50,722 bases of DNA from the IMG/VR virus record IMGVR_UViG_3300032291_003166; one strand, 5' to 3'. This document shows positions 28,135 through 36,699 of the stretch, piece by piece. Position numbers and translations under genes: made by a program. The DNA is from a virus. Its lineage: Duplodnaviria > Heunggongvirae > Uroviricota > Caudoviricetes. The notes beneath the pieces are model-generated. The model was not told where the DNA came from. It was given only the letters and a program-made list of their open reading frames with translations, and did not search any database. Numbering within the stretch: the first letter of the stretch is position 1; every line of letters starts with the position of its first letter.

Positions 28135-28662
28135 TTATTTACGTATACCACCTTTAAGAATAGCCATAATAGCATAAAATGCATCATCAACACTATAATC
28201 ATAGTATTTAGCTACACCTTTAACAAATCGTTCTACTTTATTTCTTAATTCTGGGTTGATATTAGCATTTGAAGCAAACATATCTGCTTCATTTATATTA
28301 GTTTCAATATTATCATTAGACATTTCTAATTCATGGAAACCTTGGTTTGCTTGTTCAATATAATTTTCAGCGTTAGTTATATGATCTTGAATCCATCCTG
28401 GAATATTTCTTTCATTATCACCTAATTTATTCATTAATTCAGAAGATGAACTAATGATAGCTTTTAAACTGTTTTGAGCCATTGATACTTCATGATCTTC
28501 GCCTTCTTTAGCTACAATTTTAGCTTGTAAAGCATCAGGTAAATCTTTTTGACCACCTTTTAATTTAGGATCATCATTATATTTAGCTGTGAATGTATTT
28601 TCATCTAAAGCTTCTACAGCTTTATCTAATTTCCAGTTATGAATGTTAAAATTATCTTGCAT
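28135..28662 (-). CDS. Hypothetical protein with DNF-type leader
   Basis: MQDNFNIHNWKLDKAVE; internal IPGWIQDHITNAENYI motif. Confidence 0.7.
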   Translation of the reverse strand: MQDNFNIHNWKLDKAVEALDENTFTAKYNDDPKLKGGQKDLPDALQAKIVAKEGEDHEVSMAQNSLKAIISSSSELMNKLGDNERNIPGWIQDHITNAENYIEQANQGFHELEMSNDNIETNINEADMFASNANINPELRNKVERFVKGVAKYYDYSVDDAFYAIMAILKGGIRK

Positions 28663-28673
28663 GTTTTTATTTT

Positions 28674-29042
28674 TTATTTTGTTTTACCCCAAGTTTTTCC
28701 TTTACCTTTTTTCTTACATCCAGCAGGTGTTGGTCTACATGCGGGATATTTTGATCTTTTTTCACCTTCTTTCCTTCCACAGGCTTTATATCCACCTTTT
28801 CCATCAGGAGAATTACAATCTACCCAACCAGTTTCTTTACCTTTAGGACCAGAACGTTTAAACCATTTATGTAATGATTCATCTTCTTTTAAATCTTTCC
28901 ATATATCACCTTTACGGCATCTAACTATGGCTCCTGATTTATAAGCAGAAGGTTTGTCATATCTTCTATCAGCGATACGTTTACAACGATCTTCTTTCTT
29001 TTTAAGAAGTGATTCACGTAATATATCTATTAAACGAATCAT
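28674..29042 (-). CDS. Small basic Cys/Trp-containing protein with I.L.DIL.E leader
   Basis: KPSAYKSGAIVRCRK, SLHKWF, WVDC and YPACRP; strongly Lys/Arg-rich. Confidence 0.7.
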   Translation of the reverse strand: MIRLIDILRESLLKKKEDRCKRIADRRYDKPSAYKSGAIVRCRKGDIWKDLKEDESLHKWFKRSGPKGKETGWVDCNSPDGKGGYKACGRKEGEKRSKYPACRPTPAGCKKKGKGKTWGKTK

Positions 29043-29587
29043 TATGCTGATATTAATTTATTTATATATTGTTTAATTTCTCCACCTTTAATAGCAGATA
29101 ATGCTGATTCTAAAGCAGCCATTGATATTTCTTTACTTTTTAATGCTTTAATTGCACCAGCACCAGATGCTAATAACATTATTCCTACTATAACATGGAA
29201 TAAAAAACTTGCTAATTTTTCAGCTTTAATAGGATCTTTAATAAATTTCTTTACAATAGCTTTTAAAGGAGCCATATATAAATGATGTAATTGATCAGCT
29301 ACTTTACCTAAATCTTCAAACCATGTTTCTGCTTCTCCTGGATCAGTTGGTTTATCACCTTTAATTCTTTTAATTACATTTGAAGCTTCTTTACCAAATC
29401 TAGCTATTAAACCTAATAAAGCTGGTGTTGCTAAAGCAATACTAGCTATTGTTAATGCACTTTCATTTTGTTCTTGTGTTTTATCTTCTAAAGTATCATC
29501 AATTTTAGATAATAAAGAACCCATCTGAGATTTCAGTTGAGTTAATAATTGATCATCTTGATTTAATTCTTTAATTCTTATTCTCAT
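29042..29587 (-). CDS. Hypothetical helical protein with hydrophobic segments
   Basis: 181 aa; ALTIASIALATPALLGLIA and FLFHVIVGIMLLASGAG hydrophobic helices. Confidence 0.7.
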   Translation of the reverse strand: MRIRIKELNQDDQLLTQLKSQMGSLLSKIDDTLEDKTQEQNESALTIASIALATPALLGLIARFGKEASNVIKRIKGDKPTDPGEAETWFEDLGKVADQLHHLYMAPLKAIVKKFIKDPIKAEKLASFLFHVIVGIMLLASGAGAIKALKSKEISMAALESALSAIKGGEIKQYINKLISA

Positions 29588-29892
29588 TATGTTTTATTTT
29601 GTGTAATTAAACGATGAGTTTTATTTTTAATTGATCTAATATCATCTCTAATTTTACCTAACTCACTATTACCTGGTGCTCTTTTTAAGAAATCTACTAA
29701 ATCATTTAGTCTTTTATATAATTCTTCTGGCCTAACATTATAATCAACATCCCAAGTTAAACGACCTGTTTCAGGATCAATATCAGTTAAAGTAGTAGTA
29801 GCTATATCTCCTGATACTTTTTGACCAATCTTAGCTGTTGATAAATCAACATATGGAGTACTATCGGCTTCTTTAACTATTTTAATTCTCAT
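29587..29892 (-). CDS. Hypothetical protein
   Basis: 101-aa ORF, translationally coupled; MRIKIVKE leader. Confidence 0.7.
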   Translation of the reverse strand: MRIKIVKEADSTPYVDLSTAKIGQKVSGDIATTTLTDIDPETGRLTWDVDYNVRPEELYKRLNDLVDFLKRAPGNSELGKIRDDIRSIKNKTHRLITQNKT

Positions 29893-29894
29893 GA

Positions 29895-30365
29895 TTATTT
29901 TGTTACATCTTTTAACTCATCAACTACATCTTTAGTAGCTTTTTTGTTTTTCATGTATTCTTGAACTTTAGCTAAAGTTTCTTCCTTCATCTTTTTATAA
30001 GCGTCTGCTGCAACTTTAACTTCGTCTTTTTTCTTATCACGTTCAGCTAATAGTTTTTCAGCTAATTTTTTAGCTTTAGCTTCTTTAATGAAAATACCTT
30101 TAATATCAGATTCATTTAAACCGCCTTTAATTAAACGAGCAAATTCTACTACACTACTACATTCAAAGCAAATGTCATTTAATTCAGCGCTTGTAGTTGG
30201 TTTTTCAACCACCCAAAACGCACCAACCTCATCAGTTTCTGGCTCAAATGATTCTACTAATTCATTATTGTCAATCGGTGGTTGAGTAGTAGCTGTATTA
30301 TCAGCAGGCATTTCAACTTCTTCTATTGCTTCTCTAATAAGTTGTTTTAATTCTGATTTTTTCAT
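29895..30365 (-). CDS. Hypothetical protein with MKKSELKQLIRE leader
   Basis: Leader identical at 10 of the first 12 residues to 21124..21465. Confidence 0.7.
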   Translation of the reverse strand: MKKSELKQLIREAIEEVEMPADNTATTQPPIDNNELVESFEPETDEVGAFWVVEKPTTSAELNDICFECSSVVEFARLIKGGLNESDIKGIFIKEAKAKKLAEKLLAERDKKKDEVKVAADAYKKMKEETLAKVQEYMKNKKATKDVVDELKDVTK

Positions 30366-30661
30366 TATAATCTATCGTTTAAAAAGTGGAAAAAATAACC
30401 TTTAGTCATATCGGTTTTAATTCCTTCGTTTTCTAATATTGTGTGAATTTTATATGCTAATGTTGGGTCTATTTTAAATGGAGACTCCATATTTTCTTTA
30501 ATAGGTAATTTTAAGAAATCTCTCATTCTATTAATTACTTTAATTTGTTTAATTTTATTATCACCAGCGACATCCCAAGCTTTTTCAATATTAGCTTTAT
30601 TACCACCTGATAGTTTAGATAGTAATTCTTTATATTGTTTATCTGTATTTAAATCACTCAT
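30365..30661 (-). CDS. Hypothetical protein
   Basis: 98-aa coupled ORF. Confidence 0.6.
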   Translation of the reverse strand: MSDLNTDKQYKELLSKLSGGNKANIEKAWDVAGDNKIKQIKVINRMRDFLKLPIKENMESPFKIDPTLAYKIHTILENEGIKTDMTKGYFFHFLNDRL

Positions 30662-30662
30662 T

Positions 30663-30932
30663 TTATAATTTATATATTTTTAACTTTAAATTTCCTGTCC
30701 CTTTTACAACACGATGGTATTGATGACGGGGTATAAATATGGGATAATTTAATGAGGTTGGTAATTGGTTTTCTAATTGTATTTTCCAATCTGTTTCCCC
30801 TATTATCTCTACTGTTCTATCCTCATTATCCCGATGCCATAGTAATTCTATAGGATCTATATTTTCATTAAATTCACGAATAATATGAAAATCTGTTTCC
30901 TCTAAATCAGTATATGGTCTACCAATATCCAC
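30663..30932 (-). CDS. Small cupin-fold protein
   Basis: WHRD.E motif 1 and IFIPRHQYHRV motif 2 of the cupin double-stranded beta helix. Confidence 0.65.
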   Translation of the reverse strand: MDIGRPYTDLEETDFHIIREFNENIDPIELLWHRDNEDRTVEIIGETDWKIQLENQLPTSLNYPIFIPRHQYHRVVKGTGNLKLKIYKL

Positions 30933-31572
30933 TAAATGTTGTTTTAAAACCTAATGCTTTAGCATATCTTGGTAATCTACAACTCCAGTATGATGCTTTT
31001 GTTCTATCTTTCTTTTGAGGGCAATTATGGCGTTTAGAAAATGCTTGTCTTGCTTTAGGATTATCAAGTTTCGCTCTTAATGCTCCACCAGCCATACCAA
31101 AAGATACTTTTTTTACTCTTTTTGTTTTAGGATCTCTAACATAAACATAGAATTTTTTAGAACCACCACGTTTAGGTTTATTTAAAGCCGGAGATTTTAT
31201 TTTTTCTTCTAATACTTCATTTAAGAATTCCTCAGTTAATGGTAAATCAAGTGGTACTTTAATACCATTATAATTACCAAATGTACCTAAGTCAGTTTCA
31301 TCAAAATAATATTTATCAGCTTCACATAAAGTTAAATGTTTATTATCGTATAATTCTCTCGCCTCAACAAATAGTTTTAAAAACATCATTGATTGAGGAC
31401 GATAAATTGATTCGTTTATAGGTAAATTATTTTCAATATGGTAAAACAAACCCTCAGAAATAAAGATTGGATCTTTACTTTCAGATAATTTTAGTTTAGG
31501 ACCATGATTTTGTTCTTGTCCTACCCAATTAAGTACCTTAATAATTTGTTCTTGTAATTGAATAGAATTCAT
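30919..31572 (-). CDS. Hypothetical protein with a basic C-terminal domain (KKFYVYV...KVSFG...RHNC...YWSC)
   Basis: Acidic N-terminal part ending LNEVLEE, then a very basic Cys/His/Trp-containing domain. Confidence 0.7.
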   Translation of the reverse strand: MNSIQLQEQIIKVLNWVGQEQNHGPKLKLSESKDPIFISEGLFYHIENNLPINESIYRPQSMMFLKLFVEARELYDNKHLTLCEADKYYFDETDLGTFGNYNGIKVPLDLPLTEEFLNEVLEEKIKSPALNKPKRGGSKKFYVYVRDPKTKRVKKVSFGMAGGALRAKLDNPKARQAFSKRHNCPQKKDRTKASYWSCRLPRYAKALGFKTTFSGYW

Positions 31573-31573
31573 A

Positions 31574-31942
31574 TTAATAAGGTTTAGTTTCTTTAGCTAC
31601 TGGTACTACTGTAAAATCAACTACCCCTTCGATATTTTTAATTTGATCAATAATACTTTTAATATCACCTTTTAAGTCTGAACTTAATGAATGAGTATCA
31701 ACTTTAACATCAATAATTGCTTCGTATCTAAGTTTATTATCAGCATCTGCTGTTTCAGTACCAGAAGCAGAGTTAACTATAGTAACTCCAGGTAATGAAC
31801 GTATAGCTGATAGTATATCAGTTTGAGGTTTTAATTTAGTATTAGTTACTAATTTACCTTTAATCTGATATTGTTTATTATCAACAGGAGCATTATTTTG
31901 CTCATCTTGTTCAATTAATCTTAGTATATCAACTAATTTCAT
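31574..31942 (-). CDS. Hypothetical protein (possible ferredoxin-like fold) with KLVDIL leader
   Basis: DILSAIRSLPGVTIV and IKNIEGVVDF alternating beta-alpha pattern. Confidence 0.6.
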   Translation of the reverse strand: MKLVDILRLIEQDEQNNAPVDNKQYQIKGKLVTNTKLKPQTDILSAIRSLPGVTIVNSASGTETADADNKLRYEAIIDVKVDTHSLSSDLKGDIKSIIDQIKNIEGVVDFTVVPVAKETKPY

Positions 31943-32490
31943 TAGTTTAAGAATTTTAATTTATATTTAGTTGATTCAATTAAAGCAACTACCTCATCAA
32001 CTTGATTTTGAATATACGAATCTTGAGGCAGATTAGCACGTGTTCCTTCAACATAAGAACAAAGAGAGTCAAAGTAACCAAGTATGTCATTATCTCCTTC
32101 TAACCAAGGTTTATCTGGTGTATAACCTTCAATTATACCGTATTTACCTTGATATGATTCAATAATACCATCAGTTAAATCTACAATTCCTTCATAATAT
32201 TTATTTAATGCTTTATGTTTAGCAAATGATGTAGTTTGAAGATGAAAGATATGAGCTTGAGTACGAGAAGCAAATAAAGTTGAAACAAAATTAGCTATTT
32301 CATTAGCTGGTTCTACTATTGCTACTGTGATTTGTGGAGTTAAAGAAGGTTCGGTTACACCTAAATCTTCTTTCATTTCTGAAGCATATAATGCTTTTAG
32401 ATATTTTTCTGCGCCTTCTACTGATTTTGAGCAGCCGACTTTTTTACCTGTGTCTTTATAAACACAATTTCCTTTACGTTCGTATGGCAT
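31942..32490 (-). CDS. Ferritin/Dps-like four-helix-bundle protein
   Basis: Likely start MPYERK at 32490; QAHIFHLQT.SFAKHKAL..YYE.I.DL.D.IIESYQG resembles a Dps ferroxidase pattern. Confidence 0.7.
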   Translation of the reverse strand: MPYERKGNCVYKDTGKKVGCSKSVEGAEKYLKALYASEMKEDLGVTEPSLTPQITVAIVEPANEIANFVSTLFASRTQAHIFHLQTTSFAKHKALNKYYEGIVDLTDGIIESYQGKYGIIEGYTPDKPWLEGDNDILGYFDSLCSYVEGTRANLPQDSYIQNQVDEVVALIESTKYKLKFLN

Positions 32491-32497
32491 GGTTTTA

Positions 32498-32779
32498 TTA
32501 TTTTTTATTTTGGATATTTTCAAAAAATTCAACTTTAACTCGTAAAGCTGCTACTTCTCTGGTAAGATCTAGTACCATTTTTCTTAATTCGTCTTTTTCC
32601 TTTGCGGATGTTTCTAGCAATGTTTCTAATTTAGCAATACGATCTTTGCAATCATGACGAATAAATTCATCATCTCTTTCTTTACGCATTGCACGTTTTT
32701 CGTAGTATCTAAATGCTTGTGATCCACCTAAAACCGTTATTGCAGTAATTATTACTGACCAGATATTATTTTGATCCAT
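32498..32779 (-). CDS. Holin-like small membrane protein
   Basis: One N-terminal TM helix (IWSVIITAITVLGG) plus a charged coiled coil; own late box. Confidence 0.5.
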   Translation of the reverse strand: MDQNNIWSVIITAITVLGGSQAFRYYEKRAMRKERDDEFIRHDCKDRIAKLETLLETSAKEKDELRKMVLDLTREVAALRVKVEFFENIQNKK

Positions 32780-32806
32780 TGGTTATAATAAAATAGTAAA
32801 TATAAC

Positions 32807-32814
32807 TATAAATA
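32807..32814 (-). promoter_or_regulatory. Putative late promoter box ATATTTATA (holin-like gene)
   Basis: About 27 nt upstream of the ATG at 32779. Confidence 0.6.
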
Positions 32815-32817
32815 TTA

Positions 32818-33393
32818 TTATAATTCGTGTTCGCGCAACTTTTTAATATATTCTTTAACGTTTTTTATTTCATCTTCATTTACCTTACCACTGCTCCAGG
32901 ATTCAATATCTCCTTGTTCAGTAACATAAGATTCTGCTTTGGTATTCATAAAGTTAATAAATGCTTCTTCAAAATCATCTACCATAGCATTTTTATTATT
33001 ATTCATTATTTGTTTTTCATATTCATCCCACTTACCAGTTCTTTTAATTTCAGCCTCCATTTTAACAACACAATTAAGACACATGTTATGAATAGACCAC
33101 ATTTTTTTATTTAATTGATGAAGTTTCATTGGTTGAGAACATTTAGGACAAGTAATAGGCATTACTACTAAACGTTTTAACTTATCAAATTTAGTAACAG
33201 TTTGTTTGATACCATTTTTAATAGTCCATTGTTTACTATTTTCCTCCCAAGTATCACCTTCTTTATGTTCTATATATTGTTTAGTATAACCTGCTTGTGT
33301 ACCTGTATTTCCACCTGTATTACCAGTAATAAGATTTCGCATACGTTGTACATCACGTTTTGAAAACTCTTTTTTTAAATTGTGTTCACTCAT
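32818..33393 (-). CDS. Hypothetical zinc-ribbon protein
   Basis: CPKC...HNMCLNC metal-binding pairs. Confidence 0.7.
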   Translation of the reverse strand: MSEHNLKKEFSKRDVQRMRNLITGNTGGNTGTQAGYTKQYIEHKEGDTWEENSKQWTIKNGIKQTVTKFDKLKRLVVMPITCPKCSQPMKLHQLNKKMWSIHNMCLNCVVKMEAEIKRTGKWDEYEKQIMNNNKNAMVDDFEEAFINFMNTKAESYVTEQGDIESWSSGKVNEDEIKNVKEYIKKLREHEL

Positions 33394-35378
33394 AAACCTA
33401 GTTTTTGTAATTCTTTAATTGTATCTGCCGCTGTTATATGTAATATACCAATTCCACCTGCATTTCTCCAACGTTCTATATTATCTGTTCTATCATCAAT
33501 TAATATAGAATCAGGTTTAGCAAATTCTTGTTTACGTTCAGCTGATCTTAGTATTAATTTAGTTCCAGGCATATTACGTTTAACCCATAAACGTTTGCCT
33601 ATTCTAGATGACTCCTCACGAGATGGAGCTGATAGTAAATCTGGATTATATCCTTTAATATAATCCCATAATTGTTTTCCATCAGGCATCCAATTTAATG
33701 TAACCCAAAATTTAACTCCTGCTTTAGTGATTGGTTCCCAGAAATTAGCATCGCCTTTCATATGCTGACCTGTGATATCTTTACCTGTTAGTTTTTGATA
33801 ACCATCCGCAAAGTCAGCTATCACACCATCCATGTCACAGTAGATCTTATAGTTTTTTTTTACTTCAACTTCGTTTAGTTTTTCAAATATTTCTGGTCTA
33901 TAAGCTCCAAATTGTCTTAATAAAATTCCAGCAGCGGCATTAGCTTCATTTTCAATATCTGAACCTGTTTTACCATCCTCAGCACTTAATGGTTTTAATT
34001 CATCTTGTTTACGATGAACTAATTCATGAGCTAATGTTCTTAAAATATCAGCTGGTAGTCTTGATGCTTTAACAACTAATAATTTACCAGTTGTTGGATT
34101 AAATGAACCTAATGAGTGCATATTTTTAGCTAATTCCTCATCATCTGTAAACTCAATTTCTGGTTTATTTTTTAATTCTAATGCTTCAACAGCAAAATTA
34201 ATAAAATCTTCAAGTACATCTGGTTGTTCTTTAGTTAGTTCATTTAATGAAGCACCCCACCAATTAATTGAAAATATATCTTCTTCTAAACCAGCTTGAG
34301 TTAATTTAGTATAATATTTTGGATCTTCACTTAAATGAGCTAACGCGATTCTAGTAGCAGTTTTAGTGTCAGTAGTATGTTCTTTCTCAACTTTAATACC
34401 TTTTTTAAGTTCTTCTTTATCAACGTCTTTAACTGTAACTGTTGGTTTAACATCCAATAAAGTTTCCTCAATATTATGCTCAACACCTGATTTTTTCAAA
34501 TAATCAATTACTTGATCACGTTGGTTGTTATCACCATGATCTCCTAAATTAGGAACTAACATACGTCTTTCTTTACCATCAATATTTTGAGAATATTCAA
34601 ATGGTATTAAGTTAGTATTTAAGTAATTTTCTATCTCGGTTGTTTTTTCATATGGTACTTTAACAATCAAATTACCATTTCTATTATCTTCTTGTAATTG
34701 ATCAGCTGTTAAAATTGGAATATCTAATATATTAAGAATATCATTAAATCCACCTTTTTGAATTACTCCTTCTGGGAAACATCCTTTTAATGTTTCAAAT
34801 GTATTTAAATATTCATTTTTAGCCTTAGAATACTCAATTGAAGTTGTATCATCTATTGCTTCTAATTTAGCAACTGATGCTTTAAGTTTAATAATTAATT
34901 CTCTTACTTGAGTACCTGATAAACGTTTACCTTGACTTACTATCTTTTCTTGAACAGCAATTGGCATTATACGTTCACCAAATGCTTTTTTTAATGATTC
35001 AGCATATTGTCCATCTTCAATTTCAATAGTTGAACCAGCAATATATGCTTTTAATTCTAAATCATTATTCATGATGCCAAAGATATCTTTGATTGGAGAT
35101 GAATTCTCAGCAATTTGAACTGATACTTTAGCCATTGGTGATGTCGCTAGGTATAAATCCCAAATTTGTTTACTCATTTCTTTAGTGATACCATCACGTT
35201 CACCATGTCCTATAAGAACAATTACTTTAGTGGTGTAAGTACGAGATACTAAATCTTTTAATACTTCATAATGTCCTTCATGTGGTGGTTTAAAACCACC
35301 TGGATAGTAACAAATAGCAGGAGGATTAACTCCTTCTTCTTCATTAATAGTACCAAATATTTCTTTAAAATCTATCAT
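33390..35378 (-). CDS. Multidomain protein: HIGH-type nucleotidyltransferase, unknown module, VEKEH...HLSEDPKYY module, zincin-like HExxH domain and HAD 5'-nucleotidase-like domain
   Basis: PGGFKPPHEGH (aa 26-36); KGIKVEKEH...AHLSEDPKYY (aa ~325-356); LAHELVH...ENEAN (aa 449-480); IYCDMDGV...ILIDDR (aa 512 onward). Confidence 0.82.
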   Translation of the reverse strand: MIDFKEIFGTINEEEGVNPPAICYYPGGFKPPHEGHYEVLKDLVSRTYTTKVIVLIGHGERDGITKEMSKQIWDLYLATSPMAKVSVQIAENSSPIKDIFGIMNNDLELKAYIAGSTIEIEDGQYAESLKKAFGERIMPIAVQEKIVSQGKRLSGTQVRELIIKLKASVAKLEAIDDTTSIEYSKAKNEYLNTFETLKGCFPEGVIQKGGFNDILNILDIPILTADQLQEDNRNGNLIVKVPYEKTTEIENYLNTNLIPFEYSQNIDGKERRMLVPNLGDHGDNNQRDQVIDYLKKSGVEHNIEETLLDVKPTVTVKDVDKEELKKGIKVEKEHTTDTKTATRIALAHLSEDPKYYTKLTQAGLEEDIFSINWWGASLNELTKEQPDVLEDFINFAVEALELKNKPEIEFTDDEELAKNMHSLGSFNPTTGKLLVVKASRLPADILRTLAHELVHRKQDELKPLSAEDGKTGSDIENEANAAAGILLRQFGAYRPEIFEKLNEVEVKKNYKIYCDMDGVIADFADGYQKLTGKDITGQHMKGDANFWEPITKAGVKFWVTLNWMPDGKQLWDYIKGYNPDLLSAPSREESSRIGKRLWVKRNMPGTKLILRSAERKQEFAKPDSILIDDRTDNIERWRNAGGIGILHITAADTIKELQKLGL

Positions 35379-36151
35379 TTTATAAATGTTTGTATTTTTG
35401 ATTTAGCATCAGGTAATGATGTAAAATCAGGTTGTTTTTTAATTAAATCAGCTATATCTTTATTTAACTGTTCTGCTTCAGCTTTTGATTTTGCTTGTTC
35501 TTCTGGTGTTTTTTCTTTACCTTTAAACTTCGCTGTGTCAAAATATTTACGTTTTACTTCAGCTGGATCAAATGTTTTATCAGCACCTTCACGATCGTTA
35601 TTTACAATAATGAAATTATCACCAAATGCTTCTTTAAATCCATTTATATTTTGATTAACACTTTGCCATGTTCTTAAAATAATAGTTGGAAGTAAAGCAC
35701 GACCAGAAGATTGACCACGATTTACATTTTGTTCAAGTGATGTCATAGGCGAAACATAAACCATTAACATTAAGGTTTCATATCCTAAATCTTCAAGTTG
35801 TTTTTTCTTCTTTAATACCGGATTAATAGCTCCACCAGGACTGTCAATTATAATGTCATGTAAATTTTCTGTTGCTGTATCGTATTTACCTTGAGTTGTT
35901 TTACGAGCTTGAGCCATTAATTGAGCAGCTTTACTTAATTCTTCTGGTCCAAAATCCTTTTGATTCATACCAATACCAGATGCTTTAAGCATTTCCTCGT
36001 AAGTATCATCAACATTTATAACTTCAAACTGACTTAATGGCAGTTGTTTAGAAATAAATGTTTTACCTGCACCAGCAGGTCCAGCTAAAAATATTGCTTT
36101 TGGTTTGTTAAGCGATTGAGCTTCTTTTAAAATATCAATTAATTTAATCAT
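35375..36151 (-). CDS. Zeta-toxin-like/AAA_33 P-loop kinase
   Basis: AIFLAGPAGAGKT Walker A, VINVDD, IIID, GYETLML.V and N..RGR lid motif. Confidence 0.78.
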   Translation of the reverse strand: MIKLIDILKEAQSLNKPKAIFLAGPAGAGKTFISKQLPLSQFEVINVDDTYEEMLKASGIGMNQKDFGPEELSKAAQLMAQARKTTQGKYDTATENLHDIIIDSPGGAINPVLKKKKQLEDLGYETLMLMVYVSPMTSLEQNVNRGQSSGRALLPTIILRTWQSVNQNINGFKEAFGDNFIIVNNDREGADKTFDPAEVKRKYFDTAKFKGKEKTPEEQAKSKAEAEQLNKDIADLIKKQPDFTSLPDAKSKIQTFIK

Positions 36152-36171
36152 AATGTAAAAATAATGTAAAA

Positions 36172-36197
36172 ATAGGTAACCGTTTATGGCTACCTAT
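36172..36197 (-). terminator. Terminator hairpin overlapping a late-promoter box
   Basis: ATAGGTAGCC-ataaac-GGTTACCTAT 10-bp stem, then TTTTAC. Confidence 0.65.
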
Positions 36198-36202
36198 AAA
36201 TA
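36195..36202 (-). promoter_or_regulatory. Putative late promoter box ATATTTATA (kinase/polyprotein operon)
   Basis: Overlaps the terminator stem; about 43 nt upstream of the ATG. Confidence 0.6.
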
Positions 36203-36215
36203 TTTAATAAGATAA

Positions 36216-36692
36216 TTAGTTATCTTTTTTTGGACGACCACGCTGTCCACCTGTTGGAACATAAACTAATGATTTAAGTTCTGATGGATCTTTTGATGGT
36301 CTACCACGTTTACCACCAGTTGGAACATATGGACCTAATACCTTCTTTAATGATGGATCCATTGATGGTCTTCCTCGTTTACCACCTGTTATTTTATGTT
36401 TTTCAGCTTTAGCTTTCTTTTTAAAATAACGTGGGTGAACAATTAATGCGTCTAAGAAAAACGCTCTTCGAGCACCTGAGTCTTCATAACATTCATGACC
36501 ACCATCTTTCCAACCTGGTGTGCCAGGTTCGTGTCTTTGGATATAAATAAACCTACTACCATATTCATTTTCGTAATACATAGCTGGTAGTACTTCTATT
36601 CCTTTAGTGAACTCAATAAGATGTTGTTCATCTTCATCAATCACATATGCTTTACGATTAATACTTGGTGATTCTATTTCTACTACTTTCAT
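36216..36692 (-). CDS. AT-hook DNA-binding protein (three GG[KQ]RGRP repeats)
   Basis: GGKRGRPS, GGKRGRPS and GGQRGRPK in about 22-aa repeats at the C-terminus. Confidence 0.75.
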   Translation of the reverse strand: MKVVEIESPSINRKAYVIDEDEQHLIEFTKGIEVLPAMYYENEYGSRFIYIQRHEPGTPGWKDGGHECYEDSGARRAFFLDALIVHPRYFKKKAKAEKHKITGGKRGRPSMDPSLKKVLGPYVPTGGKRGRPSKDPSELKSLVYVPTGGQRGRPKKDN

Positions 36693-36699
36693 ATATATG

